A stretch of 63,566 nt of DNA, counting the filler, from Guillardia theta CCMP2712 (Eukaryota > Protista > Cryptophyta): assembly GCF_000315625.1 (NCBI RefSeq). It is 4 parts of 4 records of this genome, joined end to end, with 100 filler letters (N's around TTAATTAATTAA, not from the genome) between each part and the next. Parts side by side here need not be neighbours in the genome. Positions count along the whole stretch, not along the records: positions 1 to 16,678 come from NW_005434331.1; positions 16,779 to 43,208 come from NW_005434456.1; 2 more parts are not named here. One strand, written 5' to 3'. Position numbers and translations under genes: made by a program. Shown here piece after piece: positions 13,758 to 29,780 of the stretch. Within the stretch, counting starts at the first letter, position 1; each line of letters starts with the position of its first letter. The notes under the pieces were generated by a model, which was not told the DNA's origin, ran no database searches, and was given only the letters and a program-made list of their open reading frames with translations.

Positions 13758-16127
13758 ATGCTGGCGGTGGGAGCGAAAGGAGACGAAGAAAATGCAGCGG
13801 TAGGGGAAGAAAGAAGGCAGATATCTCACATGACCAACAGTTCGACCGGGCATGCAGGAAGGAGTAGTCGAGAGGAGAGATGGAAGAGAATGAGATGCAC
13901 TAACGATGAGCGCAGCAACAGCAATGGTTGGAGGGAGAGAGGGGATGAGAACGGAAGCAGACAGGGTCGGTACAAGATGTCAGAGCAGAATCTCGCGCAT
14001 TGTTGATGTTGGACTCTTACTTGTGCCATGTTTCCAGATTGCAAGCGATCAATGAGATAGTGCGATGCATTCCACGTTCTCTCCTGTACTGGACCTGGAA
14101 TTCCGGCATGGAGGAGGAGGAGCACACAAGGAGCCAACTGAGCTGATTGATGGAAAGCGGAGCAGGAAGCCAGCGGGATTTCATGCCAGCAGATCGGCAG
14201 CCAGGAAGCTCGACCGTCATGTCCCAAGGAGTCGATCAGCGGCAGAAATGCGCTCGTGCAACATCGCGGTCCATGGGTGCTCGTACGTGAAGACGGAGGA
14301 ACCCTCCTCCCTCTCCTCCGCTCCCCTTGCGACGTGGGAACGGCTGAAGGAGGCGCTGCATGCGCACGACGTGGACGACTGTGGGCTGATCAGGAGTGAG
14401 ACCTTCATCAGGTGAGGAAAGGATGGTTTGATTGCTTTCTCGCACTGATGCTCCAGAAATTTCTTCTCTTATGATCCTGGCGGTTTGCAGGGTGCTAGAA
14501 GAGATGGACCTTGGGTTGACGGAGACAGAGAACGAGGAACTGAAGCAGAAGTACAGGAGGGGAGATGAAATCTTGTATAGAGACTTTCTGGACAACATCA
14601 GCGCCATACTGCACAAGGAGGCCCAGCATGTAGGCTTGCAACAGAAGTCCGGCATCAGAAAGAGCGTTCCAAAGATCCTTTCCAAGTCGACGCAGAGGAA
14701 TTCACGGGGAACGATATTGAGGCAGGAGACGCTGAGCTCGGAAGACAGCATGCTGATCGCGATACGAGAGAAGATCTTGGTTGCCTGGAACAAGTGGAAG
14801 GTGGAGAATGAGAGCAGACATAAAGGTACCAGAGCAAGGGGAAGATGAAGAGGGAGGAAGCAGGGGAGGGAGGCAGGGAGGCAGGGAGCCGGGAGGAGGG
14901 CGGGGAATGCAGTTGACAAGGTGCTGTGCTGCAAGCAGGGTTCTCAAGGATGATAAGCTTCAAGAAGGATCACTTGACTGCTCCCACCCGCGTCGATCCC
15001 TCGGTGAATCCCCAGCACAAGATCTCGGAGGACGATCTCAGCCTCCAGCTCTCCATGCAGAGACTTTTCCAGGTTCAACCTGTTCCCGTCCTTGTATGTC
15101 TCTACCTTGAATAAGGATCTTCTCCTCCTCCTCATACTCCTCATACTCCTCATACTCCTTTGCCCTTTTCGTTCAGCATTCTCCTACCTCCGCTCCTCCT
15201 CATCTGATTCCTCGCGCTCTTGGCAGACTTTTCAGTCGATCCTGACAGCCTCGGAGTTCGAGCGGATCTTCCACCAGTACGAGCAATGCAACCTCCTCGC
15301 TGCCGGTACCTCATGATGAACTCTGCCACTCCTCCTCCTCCTCCTTCCTAACCTTTGTTGCACCTCGCCTCCCCTCCCTCCCTCCCTCCCTCCCTCGCTT
15401 GCTCCCTCCCTCTCTCCTTGGCTCCCTCCCTCTCTCCTTGGCTCCCTCCCTCTCTCCTTGGCTCCCTCCCTCTCTCCTTGGCTCCCTCCCTTGTTCCCTC
15501 CCTCCCTTCCCCTTTCTTCCTCTCTTCCTCTCTCTGACATCCCTCAAGGCGCGAGCGATCGGCAGACCTGGAGTCAGTTCCTCCTGGACTTTATCATGCA
15601 GAAACCCAGCAGCAAGAGGGACAACAACAACGTCCTTCCCCTCATGCAGACCCTCCGGTCACAGTCGGTGCCTCTCCTTGCCAGGAGGACGAAGGCGAGA
15701 GAGACTGAGGAAGCGCTCAAGAACAGCCGATGGCGGCCGGCAAGCGTAGCCGACATGGCCGATGGTGATGCCTGTTGGTGTTTTCTCCTTCTTCAGCTTC
15801 CTGCTGCCTTTCAACCACCTCCCCTTCCTCCTCCTCCTCCTTTCTACCTTTACCCACTTCACCCGCTCCCCACCTTCCTTCCCCACCTTCCTTCCACCTC
15901 TCTCTCTCTCGCTCGCTCATCCTCCTCCTCTCCTCTCACTTTCTTTCGCTCACTCTCCCTCCTCCTCCTCTGCCCCCCTCACCTTCCATTCTTCCCCTTG
16001 TGTCTTGACCAAGGCCTCTGACTGTCTTCATTCGCATGTCCTGACACTGCTGGCAGTCGCTGCGGTTTCCACGCCCAATCTTCCTCCTCCCAGTGCCGCA
16101 TGGCGCGGAAAAGTTCGACTGATGTAG
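13758..16127 (+). CDS. Multi-exon EF-hand-like calcium-binding protein
   Basis: Spliced reading WERLKEALHAHDVDDCGLIRSETFIR/VLEEMDLGLTETENEELKQKYRRGDEILYRDFLDNI resembles a calmodulin-type EF-hand pair; GT-AG introns, e.g. donor at about 14412. Start and end uncertain. Confidence 0.5.
15401..15490. repeat. 20-bp intronic tandem repeat (gctccctccctctctccttg), about 4.5 copies
   Basis: Seen directly. Confidence 0.85.
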
Positions 16128-16576
16128 AGTAGCACAAGATGTGTTCATTATGATGAAACATGTTCAATGATCACTAATCGACAACATCTTCGTAGTTCAA
16201 AATCTCTCCTCCTCCTCCTCCTCCTCCTCCTCCTCCTCCTCCTCATCCTCCTCCTCCTCCTCCTCCTCCTCCTCCTCTTCCTCCTCCTCCTCCTCCTCCT
16301 CTTTGTCATCCTGCCCCTTCCCCACCTCCTAATCATTCTTACAGCCACCAACTGAAATCTGTCCGATCCATCTTTTCATTTTTCATTCCAACTGGTTCAG
16401 CTGCTGGGGAAACACTTGTTTGCAAGGATCATGATGTAGAAGACTCGAAACTGATGTGAGATGCGTCTTGTAGCGATCACTTTCATTCTCTTCTTCACTC
16501 ACAATCACGGTAAGTCCAATCACGAACAGTCAACGACATTGTAACACAAGGGCAAAGACACAGAGAGAGAGAGGCA

Positions 16577-16656
<80 letters not shown>

Positions 16657-16678
16657 ACGAGAAGTACGAGTACGAAGA

Positions 16679-16778
16679 NNNNNNNNNNNNNNNNNNNNNN
16701 NNNNNNNNNNNNNNNNNNNNNNTTAATTAATTAANNNNNNNNNNNNNNNNNNNNNNNNNNNNNNNNNNNNNNNNNNNN
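16679..16778. other. Artificial contig/scaffold linker (N44-TTAATTAATTAA-N44)
   Basis: Six-frame stop linker inside Ns; the same structure recurs three times in the window. Confidence 0.95.
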
Positions 16779-17104
16779 GATAGGATAGTATCGTGGACAA
16801 CTTTACGAGGAGATGAGAGTGGAGGAGAGGAGAGTGGAGGAGAGGAGAGGAGAGTGGAGGAGAGGAGAGGAGCAGCGGAGCGAAGGGTGAAGGAGAGAGA
16901 GGAGGAGAGGAGGGGAGGGGAGGGGAGAGGAGAGGGATCTCACATGGCAGGAGGATGTGCTGCAGGTGTTCCAACCATACTTGATGGGTTCAAGTCAGTC
17001 ACCAAGGGGTGGCAGAAAAGTGGGAGAGGAGGAGGATAAGAGGGAAGAGGAAGGGGAGGGAATGATGACAAGAATGAAGCCGAGGAGAAGGGGAGGAGAT
17101 TGTC

Positions 17105-17138
<34 letters not shown>

Positions 17139-18884
17139 TCATCGCCGCCGCCGCCACCACCAGCGTCATTGCCCCTCCTACTCATGAAGAAGAGGAGAAG
17201 TTGATAGTGAACTACCGCATATCCTTGTGCGTACATCCACTCGTTGAGAAGTTCAGGAGTGTTTGACTGCAACTTGACAAGCCAGAAGAGGCAGGCGGCA
17301 AGGTGAGCGATGATGATCACGCCAAACATGAGCTGAAGGTTACAAGGAGGTGCTGTCAGATTGTTGTTCTGTTGGACATGAGACGAAACCTTGAAGAGTC
17401 GGATGATGTCCGGGTTGATGTGTACAGAGTCCTAGGATGATGGTGTGATGTCAGAATGGGTAAGAGAGGAGGGGAGGGGAAGGGGGAGAGGAGGAAGAAG
17501 CGGAGGGGAGGGAAAGGGGGAGAGGAGGAAGAAGAGAAGGGGAGGGGAGGGTGAAGAGAAGAGGAGAAGAGAGAAGAAGAGGAGGAGAGGAGAAGCAAGA
17601 AGATAGAGGAGGGGAGGGGAGGGATCAAGCAACAAGCTTGAATTCAATGTTGTGAAAAGTCAAGAAACAAGTGAAGTGCAGCACCACCATCACCATCCTT
17701 CTCCCTCCTTCGTCTCTTTACCAAACACAGCCTCCCTCTTCCTCAACCATCTTCTTTCTCCTCCTCCTCCTCCTCCTCCTCAACAACAACAACAACAACA
17801 ATAACTTATACATCATCTCACCTGCAGCACTTTCAAACCCTTGTGATTCATCAGTTTGAACATCCGGAGCAATCTCAACAGTCTGAGCGGCTGTTTCAAC
17901 AAGTCAGTCACATCGAGAGGGTTGTTGATACAATGCACATAAGGTTATCAAGGAGAATGAGAGGGAGGAGGAGACGAGAGAAAGTGACGTCGAGGAGGAG
18001 CGGAGCTGCTGCAGGAGGAGCAAAGGGAAGAGTAGAGGTAGGCGCAAAAGGAAGACGGGAGAGGGAGAGGGAGAGGGAGAGGGAGAGGGAGAGGGAGAGG
18101 GAGAGGGAGAGGGAGAGGGAGGGGGAGAGGGAGAGGGAGAGGGAGAGGGAGAGGGAGTGCGGTTCTTATTCTCTCACCTTGATCAAACGCACAAACTTCA
18201 ACGAGGTCCCGTCACTCGATGCTTTGGCGACTTGCACGCCATTCACGCACTCTCTGTGTGGGAGGTCAGGAGAGGGAGAAGAGAAAAGAATGTGCGGGAG
18301 GAGAAGATGGAAAAGGGAGGGGGAGAGGAAGTGAGGAGGAGAAAGCAAATCAGAGGAGGAAAATGAATGGAAGAGCAGGGAGAGGGAGGAGAAGAGATGT
18401 GCCTGCTTGAAAATTCAATCCATGAGACAGGAATGCTGGTCACCAGATCGAAGGTAAGCTGCAACAAGCATCAACATCCCCTCCTTCTGCTGCTCCTCCT
18501 GTCCCCTCCCCTTCATTACAGGTCTTCACTCCTTGCTAAGAACTCTCCCACCTCCTCCCTCCTCTCCCATCTCCTCTGCACAACCTGCCCCGAGCTGAAG
18601 TAATCCCACGCAATCCCTTGGAACGTGGTCACGAGGCCCCCACCGACAAACCTGAGCAACAAGGATGAGAGAAGGGAGAGGGAGGGAGGGAGGGGAGGGA
18701 GGGAGAGAGAGGGAGAGGGAGAGAGGGAGGGGAGGAATCAGGCTGTCTTTGCGTCTTCCTTACCTTCCAATGAGGAAGTTGAAGCAAATATCCATCATGA
18801 AGTACGTGTCCACCAGCAGATCCCACACAAATAGGGGGTTCTATGTTATGTCGTCACGATTTTTCTGTGACTTCCCTTTCCTCT

Positions 18885-18945
<61 letters not shown>

Positions 18946-20447
18946 GCTTCTCTTCTCCTCCTCTCACCTGGCAGGGGTCCGTATCCCACAGGAACGCCAG
19001 CCTGCTTCACGGTCACTTTCATCGCCTGCAGCGTCTCGGGAGACCCGAAGGGAGTGACGATAATGGTGTAGCTGAGAAACGCAGCTGAGATGAGGATGAC
19101 GTAGAGGGCGAACTGAGACGAGGGATGGATGGCAGACCCTATTCAACCTCGAGTTACTCCCAGACCAGCTCCCCGTCCTCGATCCCTGTCTTCCCTTTGC
19201 ACACTTCCTCCTCCTCTCCCGCACCTTCGGCTCTCGTCCGGTGAAACTCATGCGCGTTGTCATCTCTGTCAACCGTCATGACGGTCTTGAACCAGATCCT
19301 GCAGGCCCGTGACCCAAAGCTCTGTCATCCTCCGCTCACACAGACCGTATCCTCGTCATTAGCCTCGGGTCCCTTCGCTTGACCATCGTCTTGTCCTGAT
19401 ACCAAGAACCATAAAATCGCTATCATCATCTTTCCGTTCACCATCATCGTTAAATCTACCTCCTCCCCTCCTCTCTCCTCCCACCCGACCCTTTCCTCAT
19501 CGTTACAACCCTTTCCTCCTTTCCTCCACTTGATCATCATAGTTTCCATCCTCCTCATCTTGTAGCAACCGCACCTTGAGAATATTCTTCTTCCACTGCC
19601 CCAGCACGTTTCGTTGCGACGAGTCGAAGACCCGGTGCCCCGAACCCTCTGCATGCTCCAATCACTCACAGCCCATCAGCAGAAAAGTTGCAGACCTTGG
19701 CTCATCATCTCGTGCTGCAGGGACTGAAGTGCAAAGGCAAAGTCTGACATATCCTTGTTGTCGATGAAGACAAACTTGCGATGATCCTGGAGGATCGGCT
19801 CAGTCAGCTGCGGCTACCCCACAAGAAAGATCACCACAGCTCCTTGATCTTTCATGACCTTGAGAGACATCGTGTTCTGATTCAGGATAGCGCGATCGAC
19901 GATGTCGATGACTGAAATCTCCTGCGCAGTCTCCTTCACTGAACCCGTCCGTTGGCAGTAAACCCCGCTACCTCGATCGGCGCGGAGTCGTTCTTGGTTC
20001 CCTTATTTGCCTCTATCTGTTCGATGCAGAACAAGTGCAGACGCAGCTTGAAGAAGACTTGATACACATGCCGCTCGTTGCCCACCGTCTCGGTCACCCT
20101 CCATCGGTTGGAATACTCTAGTGAAGGAGGAAGGTAGGGGGGAGGGTCAAACTCACTCACACTAGAGTTCTCATCCTTACCATGCTCGCCATTGGGAGAA
20201 ATCTGGGAGACGAAGTTCAAAGGAGTTCGCCTGTTACGCCTGGGACTCTGCAAGGGTAAGGAAGATGGTGAGGAAGAAGGCGAGAGGAGAGGTAACGAGG
20301 TGAACGGACATGCGTGCTGGTGTCTTGCGCTGCTGACTCAATGGCTTCATTCCCTGACGGTGAGAGTGAGTTGCGCTCCGTTGCTCTTGCCATGTCATCA
20401 CCGTTTTCAAAGTTTCGGAAGGCATCTCGGAAGACAATCTTGGCCAT
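16779..20447 (-). CDS. Cyclic-nucleotide-gated/KCNH-type cation channel, multi-exon, 3'-truncated at the contig end
   Basis: Exon peptides WDLLVDTYFMMDICFNFLIG (S2-like), IAWDYF../FDLVTSIPVSWIEF (S3-like), LKFVRLIK/..LRLLRMFKL (S4-like) and FGVIIIAHLAACLFWLV (S5-like) match the 6TM CNG/EAG-family pattern. Confidence 0.7.
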
Positions 20448-21148
20448 AGGTGGTCTCAGCGGGCAGTCAACCTATCTCCCTGCATCTCCTGCCGCTTCTT
20501 GTTGGTGGCTGGAAACACTGTGAGAGACAAGAGAGAGAAGGAGGGAGGGAGGGAGGGGAGGGAGGGTTCGTGGAAGAAACAAAATTCGGACGAGGGCATG
20601 GACAGGAGATAATTGAGCTATCTAGTTGCAGTAGGAAAGAGTGAGAATGATATGCAGGTGTTGTTGGGAGAACAACATGGAGATATTGTTGTTGGAATCG
20701 AAGCAGCGATTCATGAAAGGTACAAGAGTGGGTCGGATTTGAAGGGGGTAAGTGTGCAGGTGGTCACAGAAGACAGGAGGTGGAGATAAACAGCATGCAG
20801 GAGAAGAGGCAGAGGAGGAGGAGGAACGGAGGTCCTCAAGGAGGGGATAGCTAAGGAAGAATAGTACAGAGAGGAGGAGAAGAGGCTGAGGAGGAGGAGG
20901 AGGAGCAAGAGGAGCAGAAGCAGGAAGAGCAGGTCAGGGCATGTTTGTTTGGGGCCATGACGGAGTTTTTAATTTACGAGGATTGACTACGAAATGTCAC
21001 CTACCAAATTTTTAAAAGAGGATATCCACGTGACCCTATTCTTGTCTTTAATTTCAACTTTTGTCAACATGTTTTGAAAATATAAAATGTTATTATGTAA
21101 CGGATGGTCAAGGGAATTTATTTTAGCGAAAACGGCGGAAAAATCACA

Positions 21149-23117
<1,969 letters not shown>

Positions 23118-23869
23118 GTGAGTGAAAGCTGAGTATTCATCGTCAATTATCCAATCATCTCATGTAATAATTAGCGCTCCTTCTACATAATCTGACTTGA
23201 GTCAAATCAAATCGACTTGTCTTCCACATTTTGTTGAACTAGCTCATCCGCAGTCATCTTTTCCCTCTATCTCCCCATGACTACATTTTGGTCTTTTTGA
23301 AATCAGGTAACACAACACTCAATTCTCTTTCATCCTCTGAAACCATCCATTCTTTTGCTCCCTTGGCACCCCCCTTCAGATACCTGTCTCGCTCGCTTTC
23401 CTCCTCCTCCTCCTCCTCCTCCTCTGTCTCCCTTCTATCGTCCCGCACCCGTCATGTCCCTTTACTGCCCATTTTGCTTCACTACCCACCCCTCTTCAGG
23501 TAACACAAGTCGTGTCGAAGGAGGGGTTCTCCCGGCCTCCCTAATTGCGCCTCACAATTTACGTCTCTTCAGGACACATGTAACGACTGTAACGGAAATC
23601 GTTTCAAAACTTGTTGAACCGTTACATCGGTAATTTTTTAATTTTGATATCCGACAGGGAATGGTCAAACTTTGAAACCTGCGAGTAGAGCCTTGCGGCG
23701 GCAGCATGGCGGAGGCGAGCAGCTGCTGTCTGTGTGAGGTAACTGATCGGACGAGGACGAGGAAATGGACGAGGACGAGGACGAGAACGAGAACGAGAAA
23801 GAGGATAGTAAGATAGAGGTACTAAGTTCTCACGAGAAGACATTCAAGGAATCGCTGAACGCGAATCCG

Positions 23870-25800
23870 CGATGCAAGGGTTGTTATTCCATGAATTATG
23901 GCGCCCAGTCTTGCCCTGCCTGAAAGGCGAAGTAGAGTAGCAGTAGATTGCTGTCACGGTTGGATTGCCAGGTCCCGAGGGACCGCGACAATCGTAGCCT
24001 AGCTGGAGGATTCAGTGAAGATCATATTGTTTTACGATGAATTGAATTAGATAAGCATTGATGACGTCACTTCCTCGAATCCCAGTCGTGCGACATGCGT
24101 GAGTGATTTCTCACCATCTCGTTGTTTCATGAGAGTTAAATCTGAAATGGTCACAGAACTTGGTACTGAAACTTTGATGCTCGGAATCAAGATATCTGAC
24201 TTGATGTCATTCCGCCTCGCAAATCCCTTCCAAACATTTCCTGTTTGTTGTACCATCATGTACAGGGAGTAAGTCCCCCTCTTTGACCTGTTCCATTCAA
24301 AACGTACCTTGATTTTCGTGCACGATTTCAAACCAATCCCTTTGGAATCGGTCTTCTGGCTGTAGTGTGTAAGTGCTTGCTTCAGAAGAAGTTGTTTGGG
24401 ATGATTTTCCTTTCAGCGGGTACCATGACATGTTCTTTGACGTTTATGTCTCACATGGCTCTGTTTTCTTGGTGACTGGGAATTCTATTGTTTTCCATTT
24501 GTAGGGGGTAAGGAGAGGGAAGTGCTATGTTCAACAATGTGCTGACTTGCTCAACAATCATGACGTACACGAAGCCCGAGGTGGGAGAGAGGGTGAGTTG
24601 TTGACTCGTCTTGAATGATGGAGTTGTGAGATGGAAATGGTTCAGATGGTAAAGCAAGCTCACGATGCAAGGACGTCGTCTTGTTCTGAACATGCCATTA
24701 ATGTGCAGTGCTGCATCTGCAAGAGATTACAAGATGATATATCATGCGCTTTGTGCTGCAAAAGGCGGACAGATGAGAAGAAATTCAAGAAGGTGATGAA
24801 AGAGGGAGACATAGGTGTGGGAAGGGGTTGTAGTAAGGTGATGCGATGTCAGGAAATTGCAGAAGCTTTGGAAGGGCATAGGAGGAACCTGAAGCAAGCC
24901 ATTGTCATCCTGGAGAATGCGAGGGTACGAGCCCCAATCTTTATCTCTCTGCATTCTTGAATGATTGAGGTTGACAAGAATGTCTTGGAGCCAACATACA
25001 AGAGGAAATTGGACAAAATTTTCGCAAACATCTTTCTCTGCCTTGATGACCCGGTTCGTGCAACCTGGTTGGCGTTCACCTCACATCAAGGATCACAGGA
25101 ACTTTGTCATTCTCTTCAAGACCAGATACAAAGTAAAGTTATTCTAGCTTTATGGAAGTGATGCGATGACTATACATTGCAGGATGCTTCTCTGAAGACA
25201 AGTCGTTGGATGCCAGGCAAACTGAGTCAGTACTGGAAGTGTCCGTCGTTTAACCTTTCAACCATCAGTCCAGCTGCAAATGCAGAATGGATGAGCATTC
25301 CTGTGTCAATTTGTGCAGATCAAATCACCAAGTCAGGTACACTCGATGAGATTCTCTTGCTTTCGTTCCAACAAATAACACATTGTTCGCAGCTGCCATA
25401 TCTCTTCGAGAAAGCGGCCTCGAGCACCTCAACGTGTCATGCAATGCAAAGCTGAGAAAGATTGCTGTGAAGGTGACGAGAGTCATGGCAAAGAATAAGT
25501 AATTGATTCTTTTGCGTTGCAGCAACTCTGTGAAATACCAACTTTGAAGAGTTTGAATTGCACAGATTGTCCGCTTCTGCTCTATCCTCCTAGAGAAGTG
25601 AAGGCACTATCCTAAATGTGTGCACCACGATGACTACTTAATAGCAGATAATCGACAGAGGAGAGTATTACCTCATGAAGTACCTGAGAATGGTTTGAAC
25701 TGCTTGCTCTTATACAGTTCTAGAGCATGACTCTCGTTTCAAAGGTGCAATCTCAACAAAATCTTCTCTGGTTCTTCAGATGATTCATGGTGCTTGACAC
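23870..25800 (+). CDS. Putative multi-exon hypothetical protein
   Basis: Consecutive short plus-strand ORFs (24631-24960, 24961-25161, 25177-25455) with about 50-nt GT-AG-like gaps; no recognisable domain. Confidence 0.3.
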
Positions 25801-26629
25801 CATGATAAGTTTAGGATCAATCTATCGTAATTCTTCTCCATCTCCACACCCTCTCTGGCTATCCATCCCCATCCTCTCCCTCCGCACCGCTTCATCTCAC
25901 CGTCGCACCGCAAACAATTTTGTCGGAGTAGAATCTGTTTTTAAAAATTGTTTTAACACATAAAATCTCAAAGTATCTATATAACTGATGTGGTACACCT
26001 GATGTCCTTGAATTTAAAATTGGGGTCAACAACATTGTAACTCATGCTACACAAACTAAATTAAAACTATTTTTGACATCCTTCATTCAATTATAAAGGT
26101 TTTTTGATTATATATGGTACGCATCTTGACATCTTGTTTTTTAAAACAGCTGGTTTTCACTTCAAAAACTATTTTTTTTCGGGGTTTTAGTAATTTAAAG
26201 ATCCCCTTTTCTTTACTTGGAGGCCCCCAGAATTGTAGGGTTTGTTTTCATCACAAATTCAAATTGTTCACTAATATTTCAAAATATTCAGCCAAATTTA
26301 AACTTTTCAAAAGCATATGGACTCAACGGATCGCAACGGATCATTTTATAATCGAAGTTTTAACATACCCCTCCTCTTAAAGGCCGACTACCCCCAGTCC
26401 CTCCAATTACTACCCCTGTTTCCGAAACTACCCCTTTGCCATGATCGTTTTGATCCTGGACGTTTTCTCTACCCCCCCAAGACCCTTTGAGTACCCCATC
26501 GATGAACAGCTATCGTATCGCTGGATCCCAAGGAAGCACCCCCTACCCCCTGGTTTACACATACTACCCACCCTTTCTCCTACCACAAACCCAACAAAAC
26601 CGAACCCTACCGACTCCGTCAAGGTCGCC

Positions 26630-28543
26630 ATGCCCGCCATGCTCGCCCATCGTAAGGCTTTTCCCACCCGCCCTTTCCCTTGCTTCTCCTTCTCTTTTCT
26701 CAACTTGTCCCTGTACCGTCTCTGTTTTTATTTCTCAGCTCACGTTCTTCGGTTCCTTCTGTTTCCTGTCATGGTTGTTGCAAGTCAGTTTTGGCAGATC
26801 CACGATCATATCTCATCGTTGATCAATTCTATGCTTTCAATACTGTATTTCACATTTTTCTGTTGTGCAAGTCAGTTTATGTTGATGATGATTACGTCTT
26901 TTTTTTTTTACGTGTTTGTATATGCCTCATGAGTAGTTTTGCTTTCATTTTCTCCTGAATCATTTCCTGATCGTTATTGCTTTGCTATTCTCGCTCACAA
27001 CATTTCATTCAGAGTTGGTGGATGCTGCGATTTCTCGCGGTAAAAGTACTGTTGATAACCTCAAAAGCAAACCTGGATACCTCAAGTGGACTGTTGAACG
27101 TGTAGAACAGCCCGTACTGTATGTTGCCGATACAAACCTGGCCAAGGTATCGCGAAGTCTACGATTCCACTTATTTTTCTGCCCTTACGTTTTACTCTTA
27201 CAGGCGGCATTGAAAGCCGGTGATCACGCTCTCACGATTGCCGACCAGACCATCGACAAAGCTATGAACACTCATGCATACAAATCGACCCATGCCTTTG
27301 TCAAGACCACATATTCGACCAAGGTCCAGCCTGTCATCGAGAAGAGGATAGTTCCGGCCACCAATGCTGTTTCCTCTGGCATTGCTACCACCACCTCCAC
27401 CATTGTCAATGCGGTAAGCCCAGAGCGTTTGCCTTGTGTCTCTCTGATCTGGTATCCACAGCCCGCCAAGACGTACGAGGCAACCATGACCTTCGCTGAC
27501 CGCCAAGTAGATTACTTCCTGCCTGAGAAGGACCAACAGCTGGACAAGGACCTCAAGAAGTCCCCAGTCGGGATCACGTTGAAGGTCTCTCGTAGGACTG
27601 GTCGTAGGGTCATAGCCGTGAAGAACAGGGTCCACAAGGCTGCCTCCTGGGTGGTGGACACAGCTCGGCCCTCCAATGTGAAGCGCCAGGCCACCAAAAC
27701 CTACAGCAATATCTTCTCTGCCTTGGATGGATTTGTTGACAAGTACCTTCCTGACGACGACAAGATTGTGGCAAAAGGACCCATCGTGTTGACGAAGAAG
27801 GTCATGACTCGTGGTAAGAAACGAGGACTCGCTGCTGCACGATCAGCCATGCTCGCGGTCAAGACCTCTCCTCAAACCTTCAAGAGAATCCTTTCGGACA
27901 CCGTCAAGGGTGCGAAGGTCAGTGTTCTTGGACTCCCTTCCATCTCAGAGCTCTGCCGATCTCGTCTCTCACTGACTCTCTGTTTCGCAGTTGAGGATCA
28001 GCAACACCTACATTGCCACCTGCAAGAGTGTGAACAACTTCCATCAAGCACGAATCCAACCATTGGTCGAGAGCGCTCAGACAAGGGCCTTGGCTGTTGT
28101 CAAGAGCACGGACTCTGTGCTCTTGAAATATCCCCTCACAGCCAAGATCAGGAATGTCACCGTTTCGCAATTTGAAAAGCATTTGGCTCCACTGCTCGGC
28201 AGGCTCCTCTCGTTGAACTCGGTGAGCACTGTCGTGGGACTGACGTGGAGGCTGTCTTCTCACTTCCTTCTCAGGCTCCTTCCTCTAAGGCAATTCAGCA
28301 AGAGAACAGGAAGAGTTCGGCTGATGAGTCGAAGGAGACTCCTGCTCCCGGTCAGTGTTGTTTCCCGAATCTTTATCAGCGACTGAAAGATCTTGTAGAA
28401 ACTTCGTCTGCATCGGCAAAGTCGAAGAAGTCAGTGGACTCTGACAGCTCGAAGGTCAGTGCCAGCCTATCAAAGATGTAAACAATGTCTCAGACTGATC
28501 TTTTCTGCAGGAGGAAGCAGATTCCAAGGAAGATGAGGAGTGA
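26630..28543 (+). CDS. Perilipin/PAT-like lipid-droplet protein (multi-exon)
   Basis: ATG at 26630 followed by a GTAAG donor; last exon ends in TGA at 28541-28543. LVDAAISRGKSTVDNLKSKPGYLKWTVERVEQPV...ADQTIDK resembles a PAT domain. Two D..VD.(F/Y)LP motifs (DRQVDYFLP, DGFVDKYLP). Amphipathic and basic composition. Confidence 0.55.
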
Positions 28544-29780
28544 ACACTCGGTCGTCTTCGCCGGGCCATCACATGGTCCCTGTTAATAGAGTGATTGGTC
28601 CTTGACGAATATTTTATTTTGAATGAAGACTAACTGTTGATACTCGTCGTGAGCTGGCAACCGTTGATAACTCGGATGATAACTTCACTGCCGCTGCCAG
28701 TGCGGCGCCCCGGCAGCCGCCTTCGGAGTGACAGGCCTCTGGGGCCGGGTCGGGCGCCGATCATCATCGAGTACTGCTTTTTAACTTAACTTTGAGTAAA
28801 ACATCGAGTCGAGTCGTGTGGGAGACTCAGTAGTTGCACCCCGGGTAACCGCCGTTACGGCCGGGCCCGGATCCTAATCATCATGTCGGATGGCCGGCGG
28901 GTATCCAACGGTTTTTGACGGTTACAAAGACGGTTGCACGGTTCAATTCGTCCTGGGGTTTCCGCAAGACAGGACGGTTACTTTTGGCCATCGGTAAGTA
29001 ACGGTCGTGCCTCTTCGGTGGTTCGGAAATGCCTGGCGGCACCTTGCATGCTTCATGGAAGCGGCAACAGAGACAGCTGAAGTTCCTCCCCTCTCTTCTC
29101 CATCATGAAGACAACATCATCATTGTTACTGTTATCATCACTTTCTCCATCCTGACGACGACATCATCATCTTTCCTATTATCATCACTTTCTCCATCAT
29201 GACGACATTACGACGTCATCATAACCACCATCAACATCATCATCATAACTACCATCAACATTATCATCTCCTCCTCCTCCTCCTCCACCACCACCACCAT
29301 CAACATTATCATCTCCTCCTCCACTACCACCACTACCACCATGAACATTATCATCTCCATATCATTTACATCATTTACGTCTTCATTTACATCGTCATCA
29401 TCATCGTTACCGTCACGTTCACTGTCACCACAACCATTATTTCTTCTTCTTTACATTCATAGTCATGATCACTATCTCTCAATCACCACCAAGTCACTGT
29501 TGTGTGCTCGCGTTCACCTCTTATTCACTCTTTAACTCCATCATTCTTTCTCATTCGCGTACGTACCTCTTTCTCAACCTCTCTACTCGTGCCAGCTCCC
29601 AAACATATGAGAACTTTTGTGTTGAGAGCTATTGAGATGGGATTTACGAAAGTCATTCTGTCACCTGTTGTTCGTGACGTCATTCCATGCTGTAATCATT
29701 GATGTTTTTTGAACATCAATCTCCTTGTTCCTGCTCTGTTTGCTCTGCTATCATCCTCCTCCCTTCTCTTGTGACAACGG

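Noticed and set aside
16723-16734. TTAATTAATTAA palindrome (also 43253-43264 and 62297-62308) as a biological motif or piggyBac target site
   Set aside because: Centred in identical 100-bp N blocks; it is an artificial six-frame stop linker.
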